The translations under genes and the position numbers were made by a program. Shown piece by piece: positions 23,818 to 37,198 of a stretch of 50,468 bases of DNA. The stretch lies in NCBI GenBank assembly GCA_964016885.1, contig CAXHJY010001365.1, positions 1 to 50,468 of the forward strand. The letters run 5' to 3'. The DNA is from Eledone cirrhosa (Eukaryota). Within the stretch, counting starts at the first letter, position 1; each line of letters starts with the position of its first letter. Under the pieces are notes generated by a model, which was given only the letters and a program-made list of their open reading frames with translations, ran no database searches and was not told the origin of the DNA.

Positions 23818-26029
23818 ATCATCATCATCATCAACGTTTAACGTCCGTGTTCCACGCTTGCATGGGTTTGGACGGGGGTTTTCCCACTTGAGGCAAGAGT
23901 GATTGTCTTGCTCGCATAGGACTGTCTGGCAGGTTTTCTACAGTTGGATGCCCTTCCTAACACCAACCACATTTACAGTGTGGGTCTGGGAGGTTTTTAC
24001 CGTGTTGCCTATACGGCCACATTACAGCGTGGACTGTGTGTTTTTTTGTTGTGACACCTACACGATCTCATTTGTTTCGGCCTGGATGGTGTGGCACCAA
24101 CATAACTTTACATAGAAGGGGGCGGTGTGGATTGGGTGGGGGTGGTGGGACGGGGGTGTATTTTGTTAGAGATGCCTACTGACTGTAGTAGGTTTTACTT
24201 TGTATTTAGGTAAGGCAGGTCTTCTCTATTACTGAGTACCGCCAAAGGTCTCGGTCCAGTGACATTGTCTTGGTGAGGTGTAAGTGTGTGAGGTCGGAGT
24301 TTATCAGCTTGTCCCAGGTTTTTCTGGGTCTGCCTATTCCGTGGCTACCGTCTATCTTTATTGCCCTGCACTTTGTTATACAGCTATCGTCCTTCATGCG
24401 CATCACGTGACCATACCAATGTAGCCTTCTCTCTAGTAAACAACATCTGATCCCTCTTATTTCTAATTTTTTCCTTAGTTCGTTTATGCTTTGTCGTTCA
24501 CGTATATTACTATTACACATCCAGCGGAGCATGCAAGCTTCGTTTCTCTCTAGTCTGCATATATCCTCTGCACACAATGCCCAGGTCTCACTGCCATGCA
24601 ACATTGCTGTTCGTATGCAGGCATCGTACAACCTGCCTTTCATTTTTAGGGAGAACCCTTTAGCGGCTAATAGTGGTATAAGCTCTCTGAACTTTTTCCA
24701 CCCAGTTCTGACTCTAGCTACTGTACTTTCAGAGCACCCTCCCCCACTGCTGATTTTGTCACCCAGGTAACGGAAGCTGTCCACTATTTCTATAGAACCC
24801 TCTGCGCAGTTGAAAGAGCTAGTATTTTGTGGGCACTTGCTGCTACTTATTGCCCCAGAACACCGGCCACATGTAAAATCTATGTTCTTAGTTAGCTTAC
24901 CTGTGATCCCACTACATCTTTTATGCACCCAAACTTTGCATTTGGGGCACAAAATAGAATTTCTACCTACGCCTTTCCTACACTCTGCGCATGGCCACTT
25001 CCCGGAGGGGACCACCGCCTTATTTTCTTTCTTACAAACTAGAACTTTAGTCTTAGCCAGGTTAATTTTAAGGCCTTTTGATTCTAGGCCGTGCTTCCAT
25101 GTTTGGAATTTCTTCTCTAGCTCGGCCATTGATTCAGCTATGAGCGTTAGATCATCTGCGTATAGGAGTTCCCATGGGCAGCCGGTCTTGAACTCCACTG
25201 TAATAGCCTGGAGGGCGATAATAAATAGTAGGGGGCTAAGAACAGAGCCCTGATGAACACCAACTTTTACACTAAACTCTTCCCTATATTCGTTGTTAAT
25301 TCTAACCTTGCTGACTGTTTCTTTATACATGGCTTGTATAGCTCTCACAAGCCATTCATCAACACCTAGTTTTCTAAGAGCCCACCAGATAATGGAACGG
25401 GGGACTCTGTCGAAGGCCTTCTCCAAGTCGATGAAAGCTAAGTATAGGGGTTTACTTTTAGCTAGGTACTTCTCCTGTAGTTGTCGTACAATGAAAAGAG
25501 CGTCTGTGGTACTTTTTCCTGACACAAACCCGAACTGCATTTCATCTAGATCAATTCGCTCTCTGATTAGTTGCGCTATTACTTTTTCCGTGACCTTCAT
25601 GACCTGGTCGATTAATTTAATGCCTCTATAGTTACTCCTATCTAGGGCGTCTCCTTTACCCTTATAACAGTTAACGATGATGCTGCTACGCCAGTCCTTC
25701 GGAACAACCCCATTCTGTATGACTTGGTTGACTATCCGGGTGACCATGGTGTGTCCCACCGTACCAGATGCCTTCAGCATCTCGGCAACTATTTCCGAAG
25801 GCCCAGCCGCCTTGCCTGTCTTCATATCTTTGATTGCCTTACTTATTATACTACCCTCGACTAACACTGCTGGTCCCTCTATTGGGTCGATGTGGGGGAG
25901 ACTGTCTTTCTCCCATTTATTCTCCTCATTTAGTAGCCTTTCATAGTGACACTTCCAAGCTACCTTCTTATCGGCGTCGGTGATGGCAAGTACGCCGTCA
26001 TCGTTAAGTACACACTTCTCCCCGACAAT
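23818..26029 (-). mobile_element. RTE-clade non-LTR retrotransposon, 5'-truncated, in P2X intron 1
   Basis: Uninterrupted frame 24206-~26029, then a 3' UTR ending in a (GAT)n tail at ~23818-23832. The 5' end abuts (TA)n and lacks the endonuclease. Confidence 0.92.
24206..26029 (-). CDS. Reverse transcriptase ORF fragment of the RTE LINE
   Basis: QFGFxxGKSTTDA, [24 protein letters not shown] and YADDL motifs; Cys-rich PHD-like insert; RTE-type C-terminus [10 protein letters not shown]...GRPRKTW. The ORF track's N-terminal MCFPIY.. is microsatellite-derived. Confidence 0.9.
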   Translation of the reverse strand: MVGEKCVLNDDGVLAITDADKKVAWKCHYERLLNEENKWEKDSLPHIDPIEGPAVLVEGSIISKAIKDMKTGKAAGPSEIVAEMLKASGTVGHTMVTRIVNQVIQNGVVPKDWRSSIIVNCYKGKGDALDRSNYRGIKLIDQVMKVTEKVIAQLIRERIDLDEMQFGFVSGKSTTDALFIVRQLQEKYLAKSKPLYLAFIDLEKAFDRVPRSIIWWALRKLGVDEWLVRAIQAMYKETVSKVRINNEYREEFSVKVGVHQGSVLSPLLFIIALQAITVEFKTGCPWELLYADDLTLIAESMAELEKKFQTWKHGLESKGLKINLAKTKVLVCKKENKAVVPSGKWPCAECRKGVGRNSILCPKCKVWVHKRCSGITGKLTKNIDFTCGRCSGAISSSKCPQNTSSFNCAEGSIEIVDSFRYLGDKISSGGGCSESTVARVRTGWKKFRELIPLLAAKGFSLKMKGRLYDACIRTAMLHGSETWALCAEDICRLERNEACMLRWMCNSNIRERQSINELRKKLEIRGIRCCLLERRLHWYGHVMRMKDDSCITKCRAIKIDGSHGIGRPRKTWDKLINSDLTHLHLTKTMSLDRDLWRYSVIEKTCLT

Positions 26030-26151
26030 ATATATATATATTTGTGCATATGTATATATGGGGAAACACATGTCCTCGAATATGGTTTGCTAACTCTCTC
26101 TCTCCCTCTCTTTATATATATATACATATATGTAATTTATATATATATATA

Positions 26152-26194
<43 letters not shown>

Positions 26195-26197
26195 ATG

Positions 26198-26258
<61 letters not shown>

Positions 26259-26275
26259 TTATATATATATATATA

Positions 26276-26325
<50 letters not shown>

Positions 26326-26520
26326 TATATATATATACATGTGCGTGTGTGTGTGTGCATATATATATATATGTGTGTATGTATATATATATATCATATA
26401 TATACACACACACACACACAAGGCATTGATAAACATGAGACTATAACAGAAGACACATGTTCCAGATCAATAGGGCTGAACCCCTAACCCACGAGAATAA
26501 GAAGAATAAGAAGAACTTAC

Positions 26521-26651
26521 CCAACAATATAACTAATTATAATAGTCTGCAACAGTCTGTTGATTATTCCAACCTTTTTGCTGCGAATGTGGACGATTTT
26601 CGGAGTATCATACTCAAAAAACACATTCAAAAACATATCACTACAACCCAT
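26521..26651 (-). CDS. P2RX4: P2X purinoceptor (P2X4-like), coding exon 1
   Basis: Hand translation MGCSDMFLNVFFEYDTPKIVHIRSKKVGIINRLLQTIIISYIV(G) contains the P2X N-terminal YxTxK motif and TM1. It ends GG|gtaagt (phase 2). Confidence 0.93.
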
Positions 26652-26685
26652 TATGTGTACTGGTGATAAAAGTAGTTGTAGTAGT

Positions 26686-26723
<38 letters not shown>

Positions 26724-27635
26724 TAGTAGTAGTAGTTTCTATTGTTGTTTTAGTTGTTGTTGTTGTTGTTTTAAATTTCCCCCAAAGTTTTTTGTTATCT
26801 CCTGGTCAGTATTTCCTCCTGCTGTGTTGTTGTTGTTGTTGTTGTTGTTGAGCTTTTTCTTATATTTTTATTTTCCTGACTTGCAATATTTCCTGTTGTC
26901 TTGCTCTTGTGTCCTGGCCAGCAGTAATTGCTGTTGTGCTGTGGCTCTAGTTGTAGTAGTTGGGGTTAGTGTTGTGGTTGTTAGCTCCAGGCCAGCGGTA
27001 ATTGCTGTTGTGTTGTAGTTGTGGTTGTAGTTGTTAGCTCCTGGCCAGCAGTAATATCTCTTCCTGTTGTGTTGTAGTTGTGGTTGTAGTTGTTAGCTCC
27101 AGGCCAGCAGTAATATCTCTTCCTGTTGTGTTGTAGTTGTGGTTGTAGTTGTGGTTGTAGTTGTGGTAGTGTCCGTGGTAGTTGTTGTTAGCTCCTGGCC
27201 AGCAATAATATCTCTTAATTATGTTTATCTTCTCCTGGCTAACAACAACAACAACAGTAGTAGTACCTCTTATAACAATTCCCTTTTTTCCTGGCCAGCA
27301 AAATCTCTTATTTTAACTATGTTTCCTTATTAGTATTTTTTTTTTTTTTTTTTTCCTGGCCAGCAGTATTTTCTGTTTTTGTTTTAGTTAGTTAGTTTTT
27401 TGTGTGTGTGATTTTAACAGGGGGAAATTGGTTTAACTAACAAGAAGAGTATATATGAATTAGAAAATGCATACCACTGTAACCATCGTGAGGTGTTTGT
27501 CCTGGTTATTCTAGTTTTTTTTATCTTTTGAACCAGTCACATGAGGGATGTTTATAGGAGACAAAGACCAGAAACTTTCCTTTTCATCTCTCCCTCTATA
27601 TATATCTCTCTGTTTTTGTTTTCTTCTTTTGTCCT

Positions 27636-27674
<39 letters not shown>

Positions 27675-28265
27675 ATATATATATAGCCTGATTTAATTGG
27701 TTTTTGTGTGGTTGATAATGCTAATTGGGAGAGGAAATGGTGTATTTATATTATCAAATGATTCTATGGACTTATATATATCTCTCTAACCCTCACTGTC
27801 TATCTCTCTTCCTCTCTGTCTGTCTCACACTATCTCTGCATCTCAGTTATCAGGTGTGTGAGGTTAAACAACAGTTAACCACCCCCACAACAACAACAGC
27901 AGCAGCAGCAGCAGTCAACCACACCACCACCACCACCACCACCATCTCAACATAAACCACTATAAACTACTCTGTAGGTGATTAACCCCCAACACCACCC
28001 CAATCGTCACAACAACAGCAACAGCATTAATCACTATAAACTCTGTAGGCGATTATCCACCAACAGCACCAGCACAACCACCACCACCACCACCACAACC
28101 ACCACCAACACAACCCCACCACCACCACACCACCGCCAACAACAATTACCACCACCACACTACTACCACACCCACCACACTACTACCACCCCTACCACAC
28201 TACTACCACCCCACTACCCCCTACCACCACCACAACAACAACAACAACAGCAGCAGCAGCAGCAA

Positions 28266-28296
<31 letters not shown>

Positions 28297-29044
28297 GACA
28301 ACAACAACAACAACAACAACAGCAGCAGCAGCAGCAGCAGCAACAACAACAACAACAACAACGACGACAACAACAACAACAACAACAACAACAATAGTAA
28401 TAATAATAATAATAATAACAATAATAATCTATGTAAAAGATTATTACTTTATCTGTTGTATAAAACACAAAGGACTGCAACAACTGTTACAAAAGAAAAA
28501 TATAGGTTTATTTTAGATTTTATCTTATATTATTTCATTTTATTTTATCTTATTATATTTTATTACAGGAGTAACACAAAGAATACAAACAGACAACAGC
28601 GTGACAATAAAATGATGATTCGCCCTCATTTGCTAACAACAATCCTGAACACCTTTTTAAATTCCATGTGTCTACCACTCGTGGACATGCCTACAAAGTC
28701 AGAAAACAGCACAGCTCCCATGACTTTCAGAAACATTTTTTCACGCTCATCATCATCATCATCATCGTTTAACGTATATCTTCCATGCTAACAAGGGTTA
28801 GACAGGAATTGTCCCACTTGAGGCAAGATTGATCAGGTGACCGTGTCTCGCTCATAGAGGACTGTATCTGGCAGGTTTTCTACAGCTGGATACTAGATGC
28901 CCTTCTTATTACTAACCACATTTACAGTGTGGACTGAGAGCCTTTTTACAGTGTCTCCTACACGACCATTTTACAGTGTGGACTGGGTGCTTTTTGTTGT
29001 GACACCTACATGACCTCTTTAGTATGGACTGGATGTTCTGTGGT

Positions 29045-29324
29045 ACCAACAGAGTTGCTGAAGCATGGAACAAACTACCTGCATCAGTTGTTAGCTGTCG
29101 GGACACTGGATCCTTTAAAACCTCCATGCTTCCTGAGATTTGCCAACACTACACCTAATATTCCCCCTTCCATACACACGCACACATGTATATCATGACT
29201 CTTACACTGTTCACTTTCCTGACATTTGTACATTATTCTATGTATACATGCACCTTTGATGAGTTGTAGTGCACCTGAGCACTGTACACAATAATTTCAT
29301 AGAAACCATTATTATTATTATTAT
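29045..29324 (+). mobile_element. CR1/L2-type LINE 3' fragment
   Basis: Reads TNRVAEAWNKLPASVVSCRDTGSFKTS, the typical CR1/L2 ORF2 C-terminal RV..WN.LP..VV...SFK motif, followed by a UTR and (ATT)n tail. Confidence 0.7.
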
Positions 29325-29560
29325 TTCCGTTTAGCGTCAATTCTTCTATGGTTGCATGGGTTAGACGGGTTGTCCATGCCTGGAAGTCTGGCCATGGTTG
29401 ACCATGTCACACCTTGCTCTGGCAAGGACTGTATGTAATATGTAAGTCCTGGAGTACTCTATATAATATGTGTACAGTCTTCCCTAGTTGTACTATTTTT
29501 AGTATGTTATATCATCATCATCATCATCATCATCGTTTAACGTCCATGTTCCACGCTTGC

Positions 29561-29592
<32 letters not shown>

Positions 29593-29771
29593 AGTGAAGA
29601 TATATATCATCATAATCATCATCATCATTTAACGTCCATCTTCCATGCTACCATGGGTAGGATGGGCTGTCCCTTTGCAAAGGATCAGGTCAGAGGACCA
29701 GGACTCATTCATACAGAACTAATTTGGTTTGGTTTCTACAGCTGGTTGCCCTTCCTAACAACAACCACAAG

Positions 29772-30833
29772 GTCGAAAAAAAGAATCTATATGAAATGTG
29801 TGTTTTGTGAAATGTCGAAAAAAAGAATCTATATGAAAAGTGTGTTTTGTGAAATGTCAAAAAAAGAATCTATATGAAATGTGTGTTTTGTGAAATGTCG
29901 AAAAAAAGAATCTATATGAAAAGTGTGTTTTGTGAAATGTCAAAAAAAGAATCTATATGAAATGTGTGTTTTGTGAAATGTCGAAAAAAAGAATCTATAT
30001 GAAAAGTGTGTTTTGTGAAATGTCAAAAAAAGAATCTATATGAAATGTGTGTTTTGTGAAATGTCGAAAAAAAGAATCTATATGAAAAGTGTGTTTTGTG
30101 AAATGTCAAAAAAAGAATCTATATGAAATGTGTGTTTTGTGAAATGTCGAAAAAAAGAATCTATATGAAAAGTGTGTTTTGTGAAATGTCAAAAAAAGAA
30201 TCTATATGAAATGTGTGTTTTGTGAAATGTCGAAAAAAAGAATCTATATGAAAAGTGTGTTTTGTGAAATGTCGAAAAAAAGAATCTATATGAAATGTGT
30301 GTTTTGTGAAATGTCAAAAAAAGAATCTATATGAAATGTGTGTTTTGTGAAATGTCGAAAAAAAGAATCTATATGAAATGTGTGTTTTGTGAAATGTCAA
30401 AAAAAGAATCTATATGAAATGTGTGTTTTGTGAAATGTCGAAAAAAAGAATCTATATGAAATGTGTGTTTTGTGAAATGTCAAAAAAAGAATCTATATGA
30501 AATGTGTGTTTTGTGAAATGTCAAAAAAAGAATCTATATGAAATGTGTGTTTTGTGAAATGTCAAAAAAAGAATCTATATGAAATGTGTGTTTTGTGAAA
30601 TGTCGAAAAAAAGAATCTATATGAAATGTGTGTTTTGTGAAATGTCAAAAAAAGAATCTATATGAAATGTGTGTTTTGTGAAATGTCGAAAAAAATAATC
30701 TATATGAAATGTGTGTTTTGTGAAATGTCAAAAAAATTTTTATATGAAATGTGTGTTTTGTGAAATGTCAAAAAAAAAATCTATATGAAATGTGTGTTTT
30801 GTGAAATGTTGAAAACGAATCTATATGAAATGA
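29772..30833. repeat. Minisatellite, 41-42-bp unit x ~25
   Basis: Unit tc(g)aaaaaaagaatctatatgaaa(t)gtgtgttttgtgaaatg. Confidence 0.95.
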
Positions 30834-31268
30834 GCTCCCTTGATTATAGAGGACTATTGTGAGTTTCTAGCTCTATATTTAAAAAAAAATTATTCTTTCT
30901 CTAAGACTTCAGATATTTTTTGAAAGCAAAGCATTGGTCCCTAAAATGCTACAGTGGGCAACCTGCAATGCTACCGTGGGCAACCTGGAGCCCAAGCTGA
31001 CAACCTGACCAGTCCGCCACTGTGCACAGGTATGTATATGTAGGGGTTTGGTGTGTTCCTAATTCTAAATCTAGTTACAGCACTAACAGGTATATTACGC
31101 AATAAATTTGGTGGGGAAATACCGTTCGTTTTCGACGTACCAATACTGAAAGAAAGCCTAGAAACTGAAAATGTAGAGGTGAGAGATATAGAAAGAGAGT
31201 GAAAGATTATAGACAGACAGTCAGGTGAAAACAGACTATTTGTGTTTACCTTTTACATACACATACAC

Positions 31269-31304
<36 letters not shown>

Positions 31305-31734
31305 GGAGGGGTAGAGAGATTGATAGATAGAGAGAGAGAAAAAGAGTGAGAGAGTGAAAGTAAGGAGTTCCAAGTCAAGGGCAGATAATTCAAGTGTGAT
31401 TAAATGTCTGAAGAAAATATCTGCTGACATTTCTCGAAGTCCTTCCTGTTGTATCTCTGTCTGTCACACTGACATCATAATTGTCGTATATCGTTGACCA
31501 TTTTAAAAATTTGATTTAAACATTCGATGTTACTCCCTTCTTCTGCAGCTGTCAACAACAACTAAGGGGCCCCTTATTGGAGCTGTTGCGACAGATGCGT
31601 GTTCAATCTTCTTTCGTAAACTGATAGATTTTTTTAGCTGAAAACCATGCAGGAGACTGCCTTGCCTCATGTAAGTATTATATATATGTATATAAATATA
31701 TTTGTTTGGGTGTATCATTATAAATACATGCAGG

Positions 31735-31903
31735 GATATGTTTATATGTGTATATATATATATACACACACGTATATGTGTCTAAATATAGATGTATGTG
31801 AGTATAAATAAATACATACACACATATATAATATGTGTGTGTGTTTTGTGTGTATTTATACTCACATATTTAGACATACGTGTGTATATATATATATTTA
31901 AAC

Positions 31904-31934
<31 letters not shown>

Positions 31935-32018
31935 AACATATGTGTGTGTGCGTGTAAATAGGAAATATCTTCTTATATATATAAATATATGTATGTATGT
32001 GTATGTATATATACATAC

Positions 32019-32049
<31 letters not shown>

Positions 32050-32148
32050 CATATGTGTATATATATATATATACATATGTGTATATATGTATATATATAC
32101 ATACATATGTGTATATATATATATATATACATACATATGTGTATATAT

Positions 32149-32179
<31 letters not shown>

Positions 32180-32510
32180 CATATGTATGTATATATATAC
32201 ATACATATGTATATATATATACATACATATGTATATATATATATATATACATACATATGTATATATATATATATATACATACATATGTATATATATATAT
32301 ATACATACATATGTATATATATATTTACATACATATGTATATATATATATAAACATACATATGTATATTTATATATAAACATATATGCATACATATGTAT
32401 ATATACATACATATGTATATATATATACACACATACACACACACATACATATATACATATATATATACATATATACATATATATATACATATATACATAT
32501 ATATATATAC

Positions 32511-32593
<83 letters not shown>

Positions 32594-32739
32594 CATGTGT
32601 GTGTATATATATATATATATATGCGATCTTTCGTATGTGTAAGACAGTATGTAAACAATGAAATTGACATACATACTGACATGCTACATGGCGAAGACGA
32701 AGATTGTCGAATGTTTCCTTGCTTGTACATATATATATG

Positions 32740-32774
<35 letters not shown>

Positions 32775-32912
32775 TTAAGGGTTAAACAAGGTTCGATGAA
32801 TAAATCAAAGAATTAGTTTTACAATAGATTGGAAGCACTCAACTGTAAAGGTTTTCCGGAGTTATTAATATTCATTCAAAATATTAACAAAAATAGAACT
32901 TCATTGTGATCA

Positions 32913-32964
<52 letters not shown>

Positions 32965-33037
32965 ATATATATGTGTGTGTGTATATATATGTGTATATGT
33001 GTGTGTGTTTATATGTGTGTGTATATATGTGTGTGTG

Positions 33038-33068
<31 letters not shown>

Positions 33069-33305
33069 ATATATATGTGTGTATATATGTGTGTGTGTAT
33101 ATGTGTGTGTATATATATATGTGTGTGTGTATATATATATGTGTGTGTATATATGTGTGTGTATATATATATATGCGTGTGTGTATATATATATATATGT
33201 GTGTGTGTATATATGTGTGTGTGTATATATATATATGCGTGTGTGTATATATATATATATATATGTGTGTGTATATATATATATGCGTGTGTATATATAT
33301 ATATG

Positions 33306-33348
<43 letters not shown>
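31735..33348. repeat. (TA)/(CA)/(TG) compound microsatellite blocks
   Basis: Direct inspection; interrupted by non-repetitive sequence at ~32620-32910. Confidence 0.9.
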
Positions 33349-33504
33349 CAATGTGTTGTTATATGAAGGCGAAATACATACACTATAAGTCTGAGAATGA
33401 GTCAAAATCACGCCCTATCATTTGACTAAGCAACAAAAGCTGTTTATTTGTGACATTAACGTAGCAAGTAAATAACAATGTTGTTGTTATTATTGACCAC
33501 TAAT

Positions 33505-35040
33505 AACTGTTTCTACTTTAGGCACAAGGCCAGTTGTACTCAGTATATTACTGGTACTTTACCACTAATAATACCATAAAAATACGGTAATGTGGGTTTT
33601 CTACGTGTAAAAAAAAATGAGCATAAAACCAAAACAAAGAATCTACCGAAAAAAAAAATTCCCGTTAAGTGGGGAAACTTCTGAGGGTTATTCATGGATA
33701 ATTTTGATAATTTTAACGATAAAATAAAGTACCAGTAATGTACTGGAAAATTACTGGCCTTGTGCCAAAAGTATAAACAATTATTATTAATAATATTATT
33801 AATAATAATTGTTTCTACTTTTGGCACAAGGCCAGTAATTAATACTATGCTACAATACATGTTGTCCGACGCTCTACTGATTCTAGCAATATTAATATTT
33901 GTTTCTACTTTTGGCACAAGGCCAGTAAATTACCCCAGTACATTACTGGTACTTTTATTTTATCGACCCCGTAAGGATGAAAGGCAAAGTTAACCTCGAC
34001 GGTATTTGAACTCGGACCGTAATGGGACAATGGATTGGCAGAATCGGTAGAGCGTTGGACACGATGCTTTGTAGCATAGTGTTATTGCCCTTTACGTTCT
34101 GAGTTCAAATCGCGTCGAGGTTAACTTTGCCTTTCATCCTTGCGGTGCCAGGGGTCGATTTAATCGACGTTCCCCTCCCTCCAAAATTGCTGGCCTTGTG
34201 CCTATATAAGAAACTATTATTAATGATAGGGCGGTGGATTGGCAGTATCGGTAGAGGGTCGGACGCCATGCTTTCTAGCATAGTTACGTCCCTTTACGAT
34301 CTGAGTTCAAATCCCGCCGAGGTTGACTTTGCCTTTCATCCTTACGGGGTCGATAAAATAAAGTACCAGTAATGCACTGGGTTATTGCTGGCCTTGTGCC
34401 TAAAGTAGAAACAATTATTAATGATAATAATGGATTGGCAGAATCGGTAGAACTTTCGACACCATGCTTTGTAGCATAGTGTTATGGCTCTTTACGTTCT
34501 GAGTTCAAATCCTGCCGACATTAACTTTGCCTTTCATCCTTACGGGGTCGATAAAATAAAGTACCAGTAATACACCGGGGTAATTGCTGGCGTTGTGCCA
34601 AAAGTAGAAACAAATATTAATATTGCTAGAATCAGTAGAGCGTCGGACAACATGTATTGTAGCATAGTGTTATGGCCCTTTACGTTCTGATTTCAAATCC
34701 TGCTGGGGTTAGCTTTACCTTTCATCCTTACGGGTGTCGGTAAAATAAAGTACCAGTAATGCACTGGGTCAATTTAATCGACTTTCCCTTTACTCCTAAA
34801 AAAATTGTTGGCCTTGTGCTTAAATCAGAAACCATTATTATAGGTAGGTGGATTGGCAGTATCGGTAGAGGGTCGGACGCCATGCTTTCCAGCATGGAGT
34901 TACGGCCCTTGCCATTCTGAGTTCAAATTCCGCCGAGGTTAACTTTGCTTTTCATTCTTATGGGGTCGATAAAATAAAGTACCAGTAATACACTGGGATA
35001 ATTGCTGGCCTTGTGCCAAAAGTAGAAACAATTATTATTC
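33505..35040. mobile_element. Cluster of ~190-bp tRNA-derived SINE family A copies, mostly + strand with some inverted tails
   Basis: Repeated ggattggcagtatcggtagag...gagttcaaatcc..gaggttaactttgcctttcatccttacggggtcgataaaataaagtaccagt...aaacaattatt at ~34030, 34232, 34430, 34630 and 34847. Confidence 0.85.
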
Positions 35041-35108
35041 GGTGGGCTGGCAGTATCGGTGGAGCATCGGATATGCTGTATGGCAGGTATGTCAAACTGA
35101 GAGTCCCC

Positions 35109-36052
35109 CTGAGGGCCACATATGTCACATATGTGTTGTCTGAGGGCCACATATGTCACATATGTGTTGTCTGAGGGCCACATATGTCACATATGTGTTG
35201 TCTGAGGGCCACATATGTCACATATGTGTTGTCTGAGGGCCACATATGTCACATATGTGTTGTCTGAGGGTCACATATGTCACATATGTGTTGTCTGAGG
35301 GTCACATATGTCACATATGTGTTGTCTGAGGGCCACATATGTCACATATGTGTTGTCTGAGGGCCACATATGTCACATATGTGTTGTCTGAGGGCCACAT
35401 ATGTCACATATGTGTTGTCTGAGGGCCACATATGTCACATATGTGTTGTCTGAGGGCCACATATGTCACATATGTGTTGTCTGAGGGTCACATATGTCAC
35501 ATATGTGTTGTCTGAGGGCCACATATGTCACATATGTGTTGTCTGAGGGTCACATATGTCACATATGTGTTGTCTGAGGGCCACATATGTCACATATGTG
35601 TTGTCTGAGGGCCACATATGTCACATATGTGTTGTCTGAGGGCCACATATGTCACATATGTGTTGTCTGAGGGTCACATATGTCACATGTGTTGTCTGAG
35701 GGCCACATATGTCACATATGTGTTGTCTGAGGGCCACATATGTCATATATGTGTTGTCTGAGGGCCACATATGTCATACATGTGTTGTCTGAAGGCCACA
35801 TATGTCACACATGTGTTGTCTGAAGGCCACATATGTCACACATGTGTTGTCTGAGGGCCACATATGTCACATATGTGTTGTCTGAGGGCCACATATGTCA
35901 CATATGTGTTGTCTGAGGGCCACATATGTCACATATGTGTTGTCTGAGGGCCACATATGTCACATATGTGTTGTCTGAGGGCCACATATGTCACATATGT
36001 GTTGTCTGAGGGCCACATATGTCACATATGTGTTGTCTGAGGGCCACACATG
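35109..36052. repeat. Minisatellite, 31-bp unit x ~30
   Basis: Unit ctgagggccacatatgtcacatatgtgttgt. Confidence 0.95.
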
Positions 36053-36211
36053 ACAACTAATTGTGCACATTACAACTAATTTTTTTATTTTATATTACGA
36101 AGATAAAACATGCTCGTGCTGTAAAAACCTTTGTGTGGGCCGAGGTTGACTTTGCCTTTCATCCTTACGGGGTTGATAAAATAAAGTACCAGTAATGCAT
36201 AGGGAGTCAAT

Positions 36212-36438
36212 TTAACCCTTTAGCATTTACATTATTCTATATTTACAATTGTAATTTCACAGAAAAGGCTTTATCTTACATAATTATCTCATATAATATC
36301 GAATCTATGAGATTTTGCTATTATTTATTTTGAGAACAATACCTTAACATCAGTATGAGCAGCATTACAGCCAGTTTGAAGAGAAAGAGGTGAGAGAATT
36401 CTGGCCGGATACGGCCGGTTTAAATGCTAAAGGGTTAA
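36212..36438. mobile_element. piggyBac-type MITE inserted into a SINE A copy
   Basis: Same TIRs. The flanks rejoin to gtcaatTTAAtcga, the uninterrupted SINE sequence seen at ~34768. Confidence 0.9.
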
Positions 36439-37010
36439 TCGATTTTCCCAATTCCCTTCAAATTGCTGGCCTTGTACCTAAAGTCGAAACAATTATTATT
36501 ATCACTAGCAGAAAAACCACCCTTCTGATGGTTTTCTGCTAGCATGTGTAGTGTGTATATTGATATTATATGCAAGTATATATGCATGTAGATATCATAC
36601 ATGAAATAAAATCGTAATTGACAATATACACAGAAATTGAACGAAGACTGCGTTACAGTGTCTTATGTAATCAGTAAAGTAATCCATGATACATTAAAAA
36701 AAGACGATATTATATATAAACTGCATTAGGAGAAAATTAGTGACAGAAAATGAGTATGTTTATTTAAGCGATGGCTTACTGGAAGTGTTGACATTTCAGA
36801 AAGTTTAAAGAAGTGAATCTTTAAATAAATAATAAAATATATTTAATGAACAGCCACGAAATTTAGTGAATAAATTATGTAATATTCATTCATTATTTAT
36901 TCAAAGTAATCCAACTTATTTTACTAAGGGGATAAAAAATTATAAACTGTACGCAGTCCCACTCTCCTTACTTTATTATTATCATTATTATATATCTATT
37001 GTAGGAAAAC

Positions 37011-37198
37011 ATGAGTGTAACCAAGAAAAACAGCAAGAAGACCTTCCACATTGATGAGTCTGACTTGCTTTGCAAGAATGGATGTGGTTACTATGGCAAC
37101 CCTGCCTGGCAAGGATTCTGTTCGAAGTGTTACCGAGAAGTCTATCAGAAAGCTAAACAAGCGCAGGTCCAACACGATGCTTTACAGAAGGCAAAACG
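37011..37198 (+). CDS. RABGEF1: Rab5 GDP/GTP exchange factor (Rabex-5), coding exon 1, A20-type zinc finger
   Basis: MSVTKK...[25 protein letters not shown] is an A20 zinc finger. Acceptor tgtag at 37004, donor CG|gtaaac. Confidence 0.95.

Noticed and set aside
27978-28397. Poly-T/P/Q ORF of 139 aa
   Set aside because: Composed of CAC/CAA/CAG microsatellites with no unique coding signal or splice support.
29772-36052. CRISPR-like regular repeats
   Set aside because: Units are contiguous with no unique spacers, there are no cas genes, and the context is eukaryotic.
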